Positions 22,649-33,528 of a stretch of DNA of 64,000 nt are shown here, in pieces. Source of the DNA: a virus; the IMG/VR virus record IMGVR_UViG_3300025759_000058, one strand, 5' to 3'. The notes beneath the pieces were generated by a model that had not been told where the DNA came from, did not search any database, and was given only the letters and a program-made list of their open reading frames with translations. Position 1 is the stretch's first letter; each line of letters starts with the position of its first letter. The translations under genes were made by a program, and so were the position numbers.

Positions 22649-23328
22649 AAGTAGGATTTATCACGACAAGCCACTGGTCAGATGAATTCCGTCCGGATGG
22701 CGGTATGTTTATTAAAAGATTTCATACAACTTTAAAAGAACATTGTAGATTTAATTATCAACTGTATATTATTGATAATGCATCTACTTATAAAATAGAC
22801 GTTCCTTCAGATGCATTATATACTCGGATTGATGATCAACGAATTGCCGGTATTACCGGTGCATGGAATCGTGGCATATATCAAGCTTATACAGATAGAT
22901 GTGATATTATTATCAATTGTAATGATGATTTATATTTCAATGAGACTATTAATGTATTTATTCAATATATACATCATGATAATAACGATGATATAATTTA
23001 CAGTGCATTGTCAAATGGAATATTGGGTGGCGCACAAAAAGCTAATGCTCCTTCGCAAGGCATTCAGATAAAATCATGTAACAGCGATCATACATGTATT
23101 AATGGCTTCTTTTTTGGTATGACACGTAAACATTATGAAAAATATCGATTTACGGAAGATCAATATTTCAACAAAAATAATCGTCACAATGGCGGCGATG
23201 GTAAATGGGGAGGTCAGGAAGGACAGTTTATCGAAAATTCGGAAAAAGGATTATTTGCTAAAGTTGTTAATGAATGTTGGCTACCACATGACAAACTCCG
23301 CGGTTGGAAACAATTAGTAGGACAGTAA
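22645..23328 (+). CDS. GT2-like glycosyltransferase
   Basis: IIDNAS, GAWNRG, NDD. Confidence 0.75.
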   Translation: MKVGFITTSHWSDEFRPDGGMFIKRFHTTLKEHCRFNYQLYIIDNASTYKIDVPSDALYTRIDDQRIAGITGAWNRGIYQAYTDRCDIIINCNDDLYFNETINVFIQYIHHDNNDDIIYSALSNGILGGAQKANAPSQGIQIKSCNSDHTCINGFFFGMTRKHYEKYRFTEDQYFNKNNRHNGGDGKWGGQEGQFIENSEKGLFAKVVNECWLPHDKLRGWKQLVGQ

Positions 23329-24077
23329 TGAGAACAGAAGATACGAATACTACTTACGAACATCTTTGTAAGATGTTAGATAATAATAAACGCGTATATT
23401 ATAGCAGATTCGGCGATGGCGATTTTTATATAATGAATGGCCGCAGAGAGAAAATGCATCAACATTCGCCTGAACTGGAACGAGAATTAACAGAAGCATT
23501 TCTCATTGAAGACCCGTTGTATTTAAGAGGCGCTATGGTTAACTATCCTACGGAACCCGGCATGAGACCAGGGTTATTTGCTCCGCCTTCAGATAATAGT
23601 ATGATAGAACATTGGCTGATTAATAATCAAAAGATACCGCCATCAACTACTTTTTATAGTCATATCATGTTCCATTATATCTCAGTATTTAAACAAGATA
23701 AAATGAAACATTTTCTAAACACGTACATACGTCCGCGTACTAAAATGTTTATTGGTGCAGTGCCTAAAGAGGTAATTGAAAAATTAGTTGGGCCGATCGA
23801 TTTTTACGTTAATGTCCCGGAACGCGACGCATATTATACAATCGATGATTGGTACCCATCTATCTTAGAAAATATAGATAAAGTGGATTTATGTCTTCCA
23901 GCAGCAGGAATGGCTGGCCGTGTTATTCAAAAACGATTATGGAAGTTAGATAAAGATATACATTCAATTGATTTAGGGTCTGTTATTGACGCGGCATGTA
24001 ATGTTTCATCTAGAACCTGGATTGATCTCGTAGACCGAGGCGATGCCAGCAGTAAAATTTCAAATTTATTATTATGA
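23328..24077 (+). CDS. GT-D fold (DUF1792-like) glycosyltransferase
   Basis: SRFGDGD, AAGMAG, IDLGS motifs. Confidence 0.75.
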   Translation: MRTEDTNTTYEHLCKMLDNNKRVYYSRFGDGDFYIMNGRREKMHQHSPELERELTEAFLIEDPLYLRGAMVNYPTEPGMRPGLFAPPSDNSMIEHWLINNQKIPPSTTFYSHIMFHYISVFKQDKMKHFLNTYIRPRTKMFIGAVPKEVIEKLVGPIDFYVNVPERDAYYTIDDWYPSILENIDKVDLCLPAAGMAGRVIQKRLWKLDKDIHSIDLGSVIDAACNVSSRTWIDLVDRGDASSKISNLLL

Positions 24078-24667
24078 TTATAAACAAAACATTAGTAGAT
24101 GCTATTGACTTAACGTCGTATGTACACTTGATCTCTCGTAAAGATCATAAGCCAATTTTTCTAGCACCAGCCGGTGAAAATCATTATAAACTATTAGCTT
24201 ATATTGCCACTCAATTAAATAATAAACTGATTATTGAGTTAGGTACGCATGAAGGAACGAGTAGTACGGCATTAGCTATTAATAAGTCGAACAAAATAGT
24301 TACATTCGACGTAAAAGATATGTATACGGTGACAGCCCAGCCTTCAAATGTAGAACGTAAGATTGGTAACATATTTAAACTGGGCATGCAAGATGTATTA
24401 TTGCAGTCCGCAGTTATTTTCTTAGATACTGCTCATCGCGGAGATTTTGAATGGGAAGTATATTCATTTCTTAAAGAGAACGACTATAAAGGCATTCTAG
24501 TCTTAGATGACATTCATTGGAATGACGCCATGAAAAAGTTTTGGGAAAAAATTGATACGATTAAATATGATGTCACGCATTTAGGCCATGGCATTTGCCC
24601 GGATGGGATTGCCGGTACCGGGATTGTAGATTTTAGTGATCAGGTAGTTATAGATGATAAAAATTAA
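24074..24667 (+). CDS. class I SAM-dependent methyltransferase
   Basis: IELGTHEGTS, FLDTAH, VLDDIHW. Confidence 0.82.
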   Translation: MIINKTLVDAIDLTSYVHLISRKDHKPIFLAPAGENHYKLLAYIATQLNNKLIIELGTHEGTSSTALAINKSNKIVTFDVKDMYTVTAQPSNVERKIGNIFKLGMQDVLLQSAVIFLDTAHRGDFEWEVYSFLKENDYKGILVLDDIHWNDAMKKFWEKIDTIKYDVTHLGHGICPDGIAGTGIVDFSDQVVIDDKN

Positions 24668-25676
24668 ATTGTCCGATCCGACAGATCAAAAAAACTTTAG
24701 CGGGCTGTTACATGCACGTGATATACTACCCGAGTATAGTATACAGCTCACAGATTCAAATGACTATGATTATGAATTTGTATCTCATAAGAATTATGTA
24801 GATTCTTCTATACCACTCGAATATAGTATAGAAAAAGGTATCAATGCATTAGCAAATAAGACTGGCGATTATTTTTTGTTTAGTGGTGCAGATTCTACGT
24901 CATTGTTAGGTGCATATGAAGTTTTTTCTGAAAGTAGTGCAAAGTTTTTATTCAAAAAACAACTATTATCTCGTGAAGATTATAGACAGCCGGCAGCGTT
25001 GAATAAATGGTTCTTTGGTAATGGGACATTATTAGACAAAGGATATGATATTCCTAACGATGAATATAATCGTATACAATTAACTGGTTATAATGTAGGA
25101 CACAATTGGCCACATCTGCATCAATTACAGTATCCAACTAACGTACGTGATATTGACGTATGTGCAGTATATCAAACACATATCCCACGTGAAGTATATG
25201 ATCATGAAGTACGTAGTGATACATTATATGCTGCACACCGCGATAGAGCCTGGCAAGAATTATCAAATCTCGAAAAGAAGTATCGTATCATAAAAGGACA
25301 GTCGACACCACAACAATTTGTAGAGATTATGAAACGATCTAAAATCGGAATATCGCCATTTGGAATGGGCGAATTATGTTATAGAGATCTAGAACTAGTA
25401 CAGTGGGGATGCCTACTCGTTAAACCAGATATATCTAAAGTGAAAACAAAGCCGGACTTTTTCAAACCGATGGAAACATATGTTCCGGTCAAGCCAGATT
25501 GGTCAAATCTAAACGAAACAGTTGAGAAAATACTTGGAAATTGGCAAGATTATCAATATATTATCGATAATGCAAGAAGGCAGTTATCAGAAATGTATTC
25601 ATATCATAATGTTTGTATGCACTGGTACAAATTTTTTGCTAACTTAGATAATATATCTACGCAGGAAGAACAATGA
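24654..25676 (+). CDS. putative GT-B glycosyltransferase (paralog of 18839-19861)
   Basis: SKIGISPFGMGE..YRDLE..WGCLLVKP. Confidence 0.75.
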   Translation: MIKIKLSDPTDQKNFSGLLHARDILPEYSIQLTDSNDYDYEFVSHKNYVDSSIPLEYSIEKGINALANKTGDYFLFSGADSTSLLGAYEVFSESSAKFLFKKQLLSREDYRQPAALNKWFFGNGTLLDKGYDIPNDEYNRIQLTGYNVGHNWPHLHQLQYPTNVRDIDVCAVYQTHIPREVYDHEVRSDTLYAAHRDRAWQELSNLEKKYRIIKGQSTPQQFVEIMKRSKIGISPFGMGELCYRDLELVQWGCLLVKPDISKVKTKPDFFKPMETYVPVKPDWSNLNETVEKILGNWQDYQYIIDNARRQLSEMYSYHNVCMHWYKFFANLDNISTQEEQ

Positions 25677-26275
25677 AAAAGATATTAGCAATTGCTCCGC
25701 ATACTGATGATATTGAGTTAGGTTGCGGCGCAACGTTAAATAAACTAAAAGATACATGCCAGATTGATGTAATCGGCATTACATCGGCACAGCCACTAGC
25801 AATTGGCGACCCTGTAGAAGAATTCTACCAAGCAATGTCCATACTTAAAGCTAATGTGACATTTTTAGACTATACACCTAGAATATTAAATGAACAACGA
25901 CAGAAATTGCTAGATTATTTTTGGAAACTTAATCAAAATAATAAATACGATTTAGTTTTCTGTCCATCATCATACGACCATCACCAGGACCACCAAGTAG
26001 TATATCAAGAAACGTTTAGAGCATTTAAGCATTCGACTATTTTAGGATATGAACTGCCATGGAATAATCGCACGTTTAGGACAGATGTGTTTATATCAGT
26101 ACAAGAAGATGATCTAAATGCTAAAATAAAGATGTTAGATTGTTACAAAACGCAACAGGAGCGTGCGTTTATGTGTAAAGATTACGTATATGATATGGCT
26201 CGTACACGCGGATTGCAAGTTGGCAAGAAATATGTAGAATCATTTGAAGCAATTAGAATTGTAGATTTAGTATGA
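25673..26275 (+). CDS. PIG-L/LmbE-family N-deacetylase
   Basis: APHTDD, DHHQDH, YELP. Confidence 0.9.
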   Translation: MKKILAIAPHTDDIELGCGATLNKLKDTCQIDVIGITSAQPLAIGDPVEEFYQAMSILKANVTFLDYTPRILNEQRQKLLDYFWKLNQNNKYDLVFCPSSYDHHQDHQVVYQETFRAFKHSTILGYELPWNNRTFRTDVFISVQEDDLNAKIKMLDCYKTQQERAFMCKDYVYDMARTRGLQVGKKYVESFEAIRIVDLV

Positions 26276-27603
26276 AAAATGTAGTATGGTGGGCTGGTGT
26301 AAAAACTAGCGAATTCAATGATAAATACGGCGGCCATGATTGGATTGAAATATCAAAAAAATCTTGGCAGTACTGGTGCAAACAGAATGATGTAGAGTTT
26401 GTTGCATTCGAGGAACCTATTGAAAAAGATGTACGTCGGTTTAGAATCAATTGGCAAAAATCTATTTTTGTATTTGATGAATTGGAACGTCGTAATATCG
26501 ATTATGATCAGATATGTCTTGTCGATGCATCGTCAATAATTAAATGGGATGCGCCAAATTTCTTTAACTTAACAGACCATCAGTTTTGTGCTGTTAAAGA
26601 AACAGATAACATGAATTGGATGTTGGCTAGTATAAAGGGGTATGAGCCATTTTTTGGATATAAACTTGACCCAATCAAGTATTTTAGTAGCGGCTTCTTA
26701 GTCTTTAATAAATTGCATAGAGAGCTGTTCATGTCATTTAAACAGCTATATTATGATAATGTAGATACATTTGTAAAATTACAGGATGAAATAGTACGTA
26801 AAGGTACAGAACAAACGCCATTAAATTATTTAGCACAGATACAAGGAGTCGATGTAAAGTTTCTATCGCCGGCATGGAAGTTGACTCATATAAATCGTAA
26901 AGAAATGTTTCAGCATAATTGGCAACTTCAAGAAGATGCTCGTCCATTTTTTGAAAAGTATGGTTATATATGGTTCTTTACTGGAATTAATAAAGAGAAT
27001 CGATCACATATTATGTCTCAAGCTTGGGAAAGGTATAAGACATTTTATTCAGACGATCACGTGTTAAATAAGATTAAGAATAAACATATTGCAAAATATA
27101 CTACGAGTCATAAATTTAAACAGGATATATTATACTTTTTTTCAGCTGAAAAATATAAACAAATGAATGTGCTTGAATTAGGTGCATGCCGCGGCGACAC
27201 GACTCGTATATTAGCCGAATGTTTTAATCATGTTTATAGCTACGAGCTCGATAATACTAATATTGCGGATGCTCGAAATATTACTAGTGATTGTGATAAT
27301 GTAACATTGACATGTGCTGATGTATATGACAAAGACTTCGATTTACCAGATGTCGAAATTCATGTAGCATTTATAGACGCAGGCCATACAGCCGACCATA
27401 TTAAATATGATATTGAACGTATTAAACGTAAATATGGAGATGTTATAATGATATTTGATGACTATGGGCAACCGGACCGGGCATTGTATAATGAAATTAA
27501 TCAATTAGCTGTTGATAGATATATTGGTGAAAATGCAGGCTTTGTAACTGCAAATGGAATTAAATTTGTAACATCAGAAGGTGTTATATGTAATATGAAG
27601 TAA
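26272..27603 (+). CDS. GT-A (GT8-like) glycosyltransferase fused to a SAM methyltransferase
   Basis: N-terminal VDAS, FSSG, EQTPLN; C-terminal LELGACRG, FIDAGH, FDDY. Confidence 0.8.
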   Translation: MKNVVWWAGVKTSEFNDKYGGHDWIEISKKSWQYWCKQNDVEFVAFEEPIEKDVRRFRINWQKSIFVFDELERRNIDYDQICLVDASSIIKWDAPNFFNLTDHQFCAVKETDNMNWMLASIKGYEPFFGYKLDPIKYFSSGFLVFNKLHRELFMSFKQLYYDNVDTFVKLQDEIVRKGTEQTPLNYLAQIQGVDVKFLSPAWKLTHINRKEMFQHNWQLQEDARPFFEKYGYIWFFTGINKENRSHIMSQAWERYKTFYSDDHVLNKIKNKHIAKYTTSHKFKQDILYFFSAEKYKQMNVLELGACRGDTTRILAECFNHVYSYELDNTNIADARNITSDCDNVTLTCADVYDKDFDLPDVEIHVAFIDAGHTADHIKYDIERIKRKYGDVIMIFDDYGQPDRALYNEINQLAVDRYIGENAGFVTANGIKFVTSEGVICNMK

Positions 27604-27606
27604 GAT

Positions 27607-28386
27607 ATGAAAAATATTATATTCTTAGTTGATGTAAAATTGCCCGGTAAGCAAAAAGATGTAGGTCGTTGGGCCGGAACGCGAAGCGATCCGTATAAGT
27701 TTAGTATTGATAGTTGGAAAGAGTGGAGTAAACATAACAATTGTGAAGTATTTATTCTCAATGATTTAATACGAGATCATAGCGATATGCCAGTTTCATG
27801 GCAACGGTATTATATATTTGATCTATTAGAAGCCAATGAAATAGAATATGATCAGATTATGTATGTAGATGCTGATACAATCGTGCATCCAGATTGTCCT
27901 AATGTATTCGAAATGAGTGATAGGAAATTTTGTTTTGTACATAATGATGGTAGCTATGATTGGGTTCTGCGTAGTATAGAAAATTATTCAAGACATTTCT
28001 TTAACGGATATATGTTTAGATTCGATCACTATTTCGACTCAGGCATGTTAATTTTTAATAAAGATCATAAACAATTTTTCAGTGATATCATATCATTTTT
28101 TGATAATAATCGAGATAGACTGCTTGAAGCGGAGAAAGTATGGCATGTGGGAACAGATCAGACCCCGGTCAATTTTTTAACGCATATAAATGAAATTGAT
28201 TACAAAGTGTTGCCATATGAGTATAATATGGTCGATTTGAATCGTAAGGAATTATTACAAGAAGATCTGCCTTTTACTCAATTAGGATGGATATATCAGT
28301 ACAATTCGATTCCAAACAATAAAGATGATCGATTGACATATTATTGGATGGAAAAAACATATAATAAGCTTTACAAAGGAAAATAA
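27607..28386 (+). CDS. GT8-like glycosyltransferase
   Basis: YVDAD, FDSG, DQTPVN, LPYEYN; paralogous to the N-terminal domain of the preceding gene. Confidence 0.8.
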   Translation: MKNIIFLVDVKLPGKQKDVGRWAGTRSDPYKFSIDSWKEWSKHNNCEVFILNDLIRDHSDMPVSWQRYYIFDLLEANEIEYDQIMYVDADTIVHPDCPNVFEMSDRKFCFVHNDGSYDWVLRSIENYSRHFFNGYMFRFDHYFDSGMLIFNKDHKQFFSDIISFFDNNRDRLLEAEKVWHVGTDQTPVNFLTHINEIDYKVLPYEYNMVDLNRKELLQEDLPFTQLGWIYQYNSIPNNKDDRLTYYWMEKTYNKLYKGK

Positions 28387-28387
28387 A

Positions 28388-28855
28388 ATGGGATTAGGTA
28401 GAATAGATTTAAGTGATTTATGCCAAGCATTTATTGTAGATATATTACCGGCGGGTTCGACAATTGTAGAATTAGGCAGTGGATATGGAACTAAACGCTT
28501 AACAAAGCATTATACAGTGTATTCAGTAGAACAAAATAAGTCATGGGTCGGTTTTTGTGATAAATCGAATTATATTCATGCTCCTATAATCGATGGCTGG
28601 TATGATCCCGGTATCTTAAAAGAGCAGTTGCCGGGCGAGTATGACATGTTGATAATCGACGGTCCCGGCAGCGTCGGAAGGTCATATTTTATGCGGCATA
28701 TTGAACTATTCCCTAATCTAAATAATATTCCAATTATCGTAGACGATGCTAATAGAAATGAAGAGAGGATATTATTGAATGAGTTGTCTAACTATCTCGG
28801 TAAAGAATATTCATTAATAGAAAATGATCCGGGAACAGCTTACTTTATGCCATGA
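28388..28855 (+). CDS. putative methyltransferase
   Basis: VELGSGYGT, IIDGP, IVDDANR. Confidence 0.75.
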   Translation: MGLGRIDLSDLCQAFIVDILPAGSTIVELGSGYGTKRLTKHYTVYSVEQNKSWVGFCDKSNYIHAPIIDGWYDPGILKEQLPGEYDMLIIDGPGSVGRSYFMRHIELFPNLNNIPIIVDDANRNEERILLNELSNYLGKEYSLIENDPGTAYFMP

Positions 28856-29817
28856 AACGAACTAAATTTGCAATAGGATGTCTAGTTCAGTGGTATGAAT
28901 GTGACATAATCGAAGAATATATCGATTCATTGAAAGATGCGATTGAAGAGTATGACGGCGATGTATTAGTAGACTTTACTATATGTTTGAATCAAGATCT
29001 CGAGAAATGTATTAGCGCTGAGCAATTAAAGCTTTGTGAAGCTAAAATAGGAAATCAAATATTAGATATTAGATTTAAAACTAAATTTACGCGTGAATTA
29101 GTAACAGTTGCGGATTATAGAAGAGAATTTAATGATAAGTATTGTGATTTAGCTGATGTATTAATTTGGGGTGAAAGTGATGCGATATTGCCTAAGCAAA
29201 TGTTTACTGTATTAGACAGACTCCATCATATGTCATTACAAAACAACAATCCTAAATATTTAGCATTTTTTGGGACATGTAAGATGTGGGATGATACTTG
29301 GAAAGTATTAGAGCATAATGACTTTACTGATAAGCCGTTTATAGAAGATGATACTGAAAACTGGTGGAGTCTGCGTTATGACATGACTAAAGATGAGATG
29401 AATGCCATCAATGATAAAACAGATGAATTGGATGTACGATTAGTGTCACCGCATAAGTTTAATGGCTGTGGCTTGGTTATTTCGTCTGAAGTAATCCGCG
29501 CCGGCGTAAACATTCCTAAGTCAGTATTCTTTGTACATGAGGATTCGGCATTTATGTTTATGACAAATAAAGTATTAGGTAATATACCTCAGTATATAAT
29601 TAAGAATATCTTACTAGTCCATAACAGAAAACATCGAAATAAACGGATGTATATTAAAGGTGAGGAAGCATTCGATGCAAAAGATCCAGGGGCTAAACGT
29701 AGATCAAATAAATGGTATACTCTAGCAAATAAGATGTGTGACCAGAACTATCATAATCTATTCAATCCATCATATAAATCCTTTTCATGGGAAGATGTAT
29801 GGGCTAATGTAAAATAA
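28852..29817 (+). CDS. GT-A fold glycosyltransferase
   Basis: WGESD, HED, VHN; cluster context. Confidence 0.6.
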   Translation: MKRTKFAIGCLVQWYECDIIEEYIDSLKDAIEEYDGDVLVDFTICLNQDLEKCISAEQLKLCEAKIGNQILDIRFKTKFTRELVTVADYRREFNDKYCDLADVLIWGESDAILPKQMFTVLDRLHHMSLQNNNPKYLAFFGTCKMWDDTWKVLEHNDFTDKPFIEDDTENWWSLRYDMTKDEMNAINDKTDELDVRLVSPHKFNGCGLVISSEVIRAGVNIPKSVFFVHEDSAFMFMTNKVLGNIPQYIIKNILLVHNRKHRNKRMYIKGEEAFDAKDPGAKRRSNKWYTLANKMCDQNYHNLFNPSYKSFSWEDVWANVK

Positions 29818-29839
29818 AAAAATAAAAAAAAATTCTGGT

Positions 29840-31336
29840 ATGAAACGTACGATAAAATTTATACAAATCGGCACTAGTGTAGCGAATGATGACGTATTTG
29901 AAAAAGTAAAAGATTGCGACATCGAATTAGGAATATTAGTAGAACCGATACCGAAGTTCAAGGAAGAGATTTTACAGTGCTATGATGGCATAGATAATAT
30001 ATATTTAGAGCAAGTTGCAATAGTTTCAGAAAATTCTGACCAGCAAAATGCTACTCTTTTTTGTAGTGATACGCATCTAGGCATTGCGTCGTTCAATAAA
30101 GATCATTTAATTGTACATAGAATAAATGATGCGGATATATATGAAATAAACACGCCTTGTCTTAAGGTATCTGATATATTTGAAAAATATGACATACAAG
30201 AACTAGATTATTTGTTTATAGACACTGAAGGTTCGGATGCGGACATACTTCTATCTATAGATTTCGCGAAAGTTAACATTACAGAAATCGTATTTGAAGA
30301 TATTCATATAGATGGACCGCAGAAATTTGGAGGAAATAAGACTAGGGAGTTGTTTACTCATTTAATGCGATCTGGATATACTCTTACTAAAGAACATAAA
30401 TGGAATACTACAGCGAAACTGCAACATAAAATAACAACGTGCATTTCTACAAACAATAATTTAGAGTATCTTAAATTAGCAGTGCAGTCTGTTAGGCAGA
30501 ATGCATACTACAAAAATATGCCAATTATCGTTTATGCAGAAAATTGTACGGATGGTACCGATGAATGGCTAGCTGATAATGAATACGATATTGAATATTA
30601 TATTGAAAAGAATGATACCGAAAAGGGCATCGGAGGCGGTATGGATTTTTGTGTTGACAAAGCTAAAACGGAGTTTGTTAACATTATTCATTCTGATATG
30701 TGGATTGCGCCAAATCAAGACTTAGAACTACTTAAGTTATATACAGGACTAGATCCTAATGAAAGACTTATAGCATCGTCTTTTAGAATCCAACCAAAAA
30801 TATTTCCTAATGACCCAGATTATAGGCCTGGCACGGTATTTGTACCTATGAATGAATTCGGTGCATATCATAATGATTTTGACAGTAAATATTTTGATGA
30901 ATGGTCTTTGGAATTTTGTGAAGAAAATGATATATTTGTAAGGAAAGGTGGAGGCGCCGGCTTTTTTTGTAGAAAACGAGATTATGAATGGATTGGCGGT
31001 AATGATCCACAGTTTGCACCGGCCTCTTGGGAAGATAAAGATTTGTTTATTCGAATGCAGTTAGAAGGATATACATTTAAGATGACGAGCAAGTCTGTGG
31101 TATGGCATTTTAGTGCACGTGGCAGTCATTTTAGAGATGAAGCTAAAGATGACTTTAGCAAGAAATCCCAAAGGCAAATCAGATCTGAACAATTTAATTC
31201 ACAGAAATTTATAAACAAATGGGGCCGGCTACCTGAAGATGATGAACAGACATTTGTTAAGCCTATTTATGGAACTAATGTAAAAACAAGATTAGGAAGT
31301 TATGAAGATAAGTTTAATTCAGCCATCTCGCAATAA
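29840..31336 (+). CDS. FkbM-like methyltransferase fused to a GT2 glycosyltransferase
   Basis: N-terminal IQIG, VEP, IDTEG; C-terminal CTDGT, HSDM, GG.D, WED, WHF. Confidence 0.85.
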   Translation: MKRTIKFIQIGTSVANDDVFEKVKDCDIELGILVEPIPKFKEEILQCYDGIDNIYLEQVAIVSENSDQQNATLFCSDTHLGIASFNKDHLIVHRINDADIYEINTPCLKVSDIFEKYDIQELDYLFIDTEGSDADILLSIDFAKVNITEIVFEDIHIDGPQKFGGNKTRELFTHLMRSGYTLTKEHKWNTTAKLQHKITTCISTNNNLEYLKLAVQSVRQNAYYKNMPIIVYAENCTDGTDEWLADNEYDIEYYIEKNDTEKGIGGGMDFCVDKAKTEFVNIIHSDMWIAPNQDLELLKLYTGLDPNERLIASSFRIQPKIFPNDPDYRPGTVFVPMNEFGAYHNDFDSKYFDEWSLEFCEENDIFVRKGGGAGFFCRKRDYEWIGGNDPQFAPASWEDKDLFIRMQLEGYTFKMTSKSVVWHFSARGSHFRDEAKDDFSKKSQRQIRSEQFNSQKFINKWGRLPEDDEQTFVKPIYGTNVKTRLGSYEDKFNSAISQ

Positions 31337-32513
31337 TTTAAAGTATCTCAAATGGTCATATGATTCGATACGTAAGAACCAAGGCAACCATATAGTTGAA
31401 ATTTGTGTAGCTGATGACGATAGTAGCGATGGTACGTGGGAATGGTGTCAAGAACGAATGGCTGCGGATAAACATTTCAGCGCTATTCGTAATGAATCCG
31501 GAAAACGATTAGGTCATACGATATTATATGATCAATTAGTTAATGAAGTTGCTAGTCATGATATTTGTATGATTTATCATGCAGATATGTATTTATGCCC
31601 AGGTGCTTTAGATGCTATTGAAGATGAACTTAAAGAAAAAACAATAGTATCTTTAACTCGAATTGAACCACCATTACACCCAGATGGCCCTGAAAAGATA
31701 CTTAAAGACTTTGGTGTTGAACCTGAAGAGTTTAATGAACATGGCTTATTAGAGTTTATCAATTCTAGAGTACCGGCTAATGATACTACTGAAGGGATAT
31801 TTGCTCCATGGGCATTTTGGAAGAGAGACTTTCAAAAAATAGGCGGCCATGACCCATTGTATGCGCCGCAGTCTAAAGAAGATAGTGATATATTTAATCG
31901 ATTTCACCTTAATGGCATTAAATTTATACAAACATGGCATGGCTGTGTTTATCACATGACATGTAGAGGAAGCCGAAGGAACACGCATGATGGTGCACCT
32001 AATATACAAACGAACAATCCAGAGTGGGAAGCTCAGAACATCCGGTCAACTCGTAACTTTATTCGTAAATGGGGACATTTCGTTAAACATGATAGGTATA
32101 TGAAACCTATCATTCCGCCGAAGTATAATATTGAGTTTAGAGTGTTTAACTGCACATTAAATGCATTAGCTCAATTAGAACCATGGTGTTCGATAATATA
32201 CACCGATTTGCCAGAATCTGATCGGCAGAGATATATCAAGCAGGAACAGGTTAATACTAGATTTAAGCTTTCTAATCGTGTATATGGATTAATGGGAGAG
32301 CTAGCATCAGAAGCTGATATCTTGGTAAGAATAGATTGTAATAATTTTGATTGGCAACGAGATTTTTATTATATTCAGCATATGTCAGAAATTATTAATG
32401 ATAGTGGCGAGCAAGGTACATTCGATTTAGGAAATCTAAGAATCACTATCGAAGATATGTCGACATATGAAAGCGATTTAATCGTCTGTGAAAGTAATAT
32501 TTATTCAAAATGA
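31302..32513 (+). CDS. GT2-family glycosyltransferase
   Basis: DDDSSDGT, HADM, IGGHD, EDSD, YH. Confidence 0.88.
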   Translation: MKISLIQPSRNNLKYLKWSYDSIRKNQGNHIVEICVADDDSSDGTWEWCQERMAADKHFSAIRNESGKRLGHTILYDQLVNEVASHDICMIYHADMYLCPGALDAIEDELKEKTIVSLTRIEPPLHPDGPEKILKDFGVEPEEFNEHGLLEFINSRVPANDTTEGIFAPWAFWKRDFQKIGGHDPLYAPQSKEDSDIFNRFHLNGIKFIQTWHGCVYHMTCRGSRRNTHDGAPNIQTNNPEWEAQNIRSTRNFIRKWGHFVKHDRYMKPIIPPKYNIEFRVFNCTLNALAQLEPWCSIIYTDLPESDRQRYIKQEQVNTRFKLSNRVYGLMGELASEADILVRIDCNNFDWQRDFYYIQHMSEIINDSGEQGTFDLGNLRITIEDMSTYESDLIVCESNIYSK

Positions 32514-32761
32514 TGTACTATATTTTGTACCCCGGCGATACGGAGTCAGATGCTATTAGAGAAATTAATCAATTAGGCGAGGATAATGGATTTGGTGTAT
32601 TTTGGGCCGGCCAAGGATTAAATGTACTGCAAAGAGCAGTAGAACAAAATCATGATATTGTAGAACATTTTTCAATCTTCGATGAACGTCGTAACTCATA
32701 TACAATCGAAGAATTTTTAACTAAAATAGCAAAACTTAAAGTTAGGATTAATAATGGGTAA
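32510..32761 (+). CDS. hypothetical protein
   Basis: 83 aa ORF preceded by ATATTTATT at 32497. Confidence 0.65.
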   Translation: MMYYILYPGDTESDAIREINQLGEDNGFGVFWAGQGLNVLQRAVEQNHDIVEHFSIFDERRNSYTIEEFLTKIAKLKVRINNG

Positions 32762-32894
32762 GTTTCAATGGCGAGAAGTCGATGAATATGAAAGAGCAGG
32801 TAGCCAGAAAATTAAACGTCGTACTAAGTTTATTGATGAGGATGGTACGGATTTGTCTCCAAAAAAGCCGCAGCGTAGAGCCAAGCGTAAATAA
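32754..32894 (+). CDS. small basic protein (46 aa; not in the ORF track)
   Basis: MGKFQWREV...PKKPQRRAKRK fills the gap and overlaps the upstream stop. Confidence 0.55.
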   Translation: MGKFQWREVDEYERAGSQKIKRRTKFIDEDGTDLSPKKPQRRAKRK

Positions 32895-32922
32895 TCAGAT
32901 ATTTATTGAAAAAGGAATTAAT

Positions 32923-33528
32923 ATGTGTTATACTAGAGAACAAATAGAAGCTGCTATGCAGTCTAAAGGATACCGTTGGTTTACTAATGGCGATTATAAC
33001 GTTAATATCGTAGGTGTACGTAACATGGACACTGCCGGCGAAGTAACTAACAAATTTGACGACTGCGTTACTATTTCATACAAAGAAAATGATGAATGGC
33101 AATTTAGATGTTATGAAGCAACTACAGATCCAGGTAAGTATTGGATGGAAAATCTAATCAACCCAGATGGTGCTGCTATTCTTAAACCAGGCCAATATCG
33201 TAAGTCTCATAAGATAAGATTACATCGCGGTCAATATGAAGCGTTAGGTCAATGCGGTCCATTAAAAGTATATAGGGATGATGACCAGGACTTAACATAT
33301 GATATTAGCGAAGAAAATGTTCAGGAAGGATTGTTTGGCATTAATATCCATAGAGCAACTAAATGGGAAGGCAAAACATCTACACAAGTTGATAAGTGGT
33401 CAGCTGGGTGTCAGGTAATTGCTTCCAATGACGATTGGCATGAATTCATGGACGTGATGTATAAAGCAAGAGATGCATGGGGTAATTCGTTTACTTATAC
33501 TCTGCTTGAATCTACAGATATAGCTTAA
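32923..33528 (+). CDS. putative endolysin / YkuD-like (L,D-transpeptidase fold) peptidoglycan enzyme
   Basis: GINIH...WSAGCQV His/Cys motif. True start at 32923, after the ATATTTATT motif and AAGGA. Confidence 0.65.
   Translation: MCYTREQIEAAMQSKGYRWFTNGDYNVNIVGVRNMDTAGEVTNKFDDCVTISYKENDEWQFRCYEATTDPGKYWMENLINPDGAAILKPGQYRKSHKIRLHRGQYEALGQCGPLKVYRDDDQDLTYDISEENVQEGLFGINIHRATKWEGKTSTQVDKWSAGCQVIASNDDWHEFMDVMYKARDAWGNSFTYTLLESTDIA

Noticed and set aside
18839-25676. MIKIKL N-termini of the two paralogous GTs as members of the leader family
   Set aside because: They lack the (I/L)(L/I)xE helix pattern and look like the first beta-strand of the catalytic fold.
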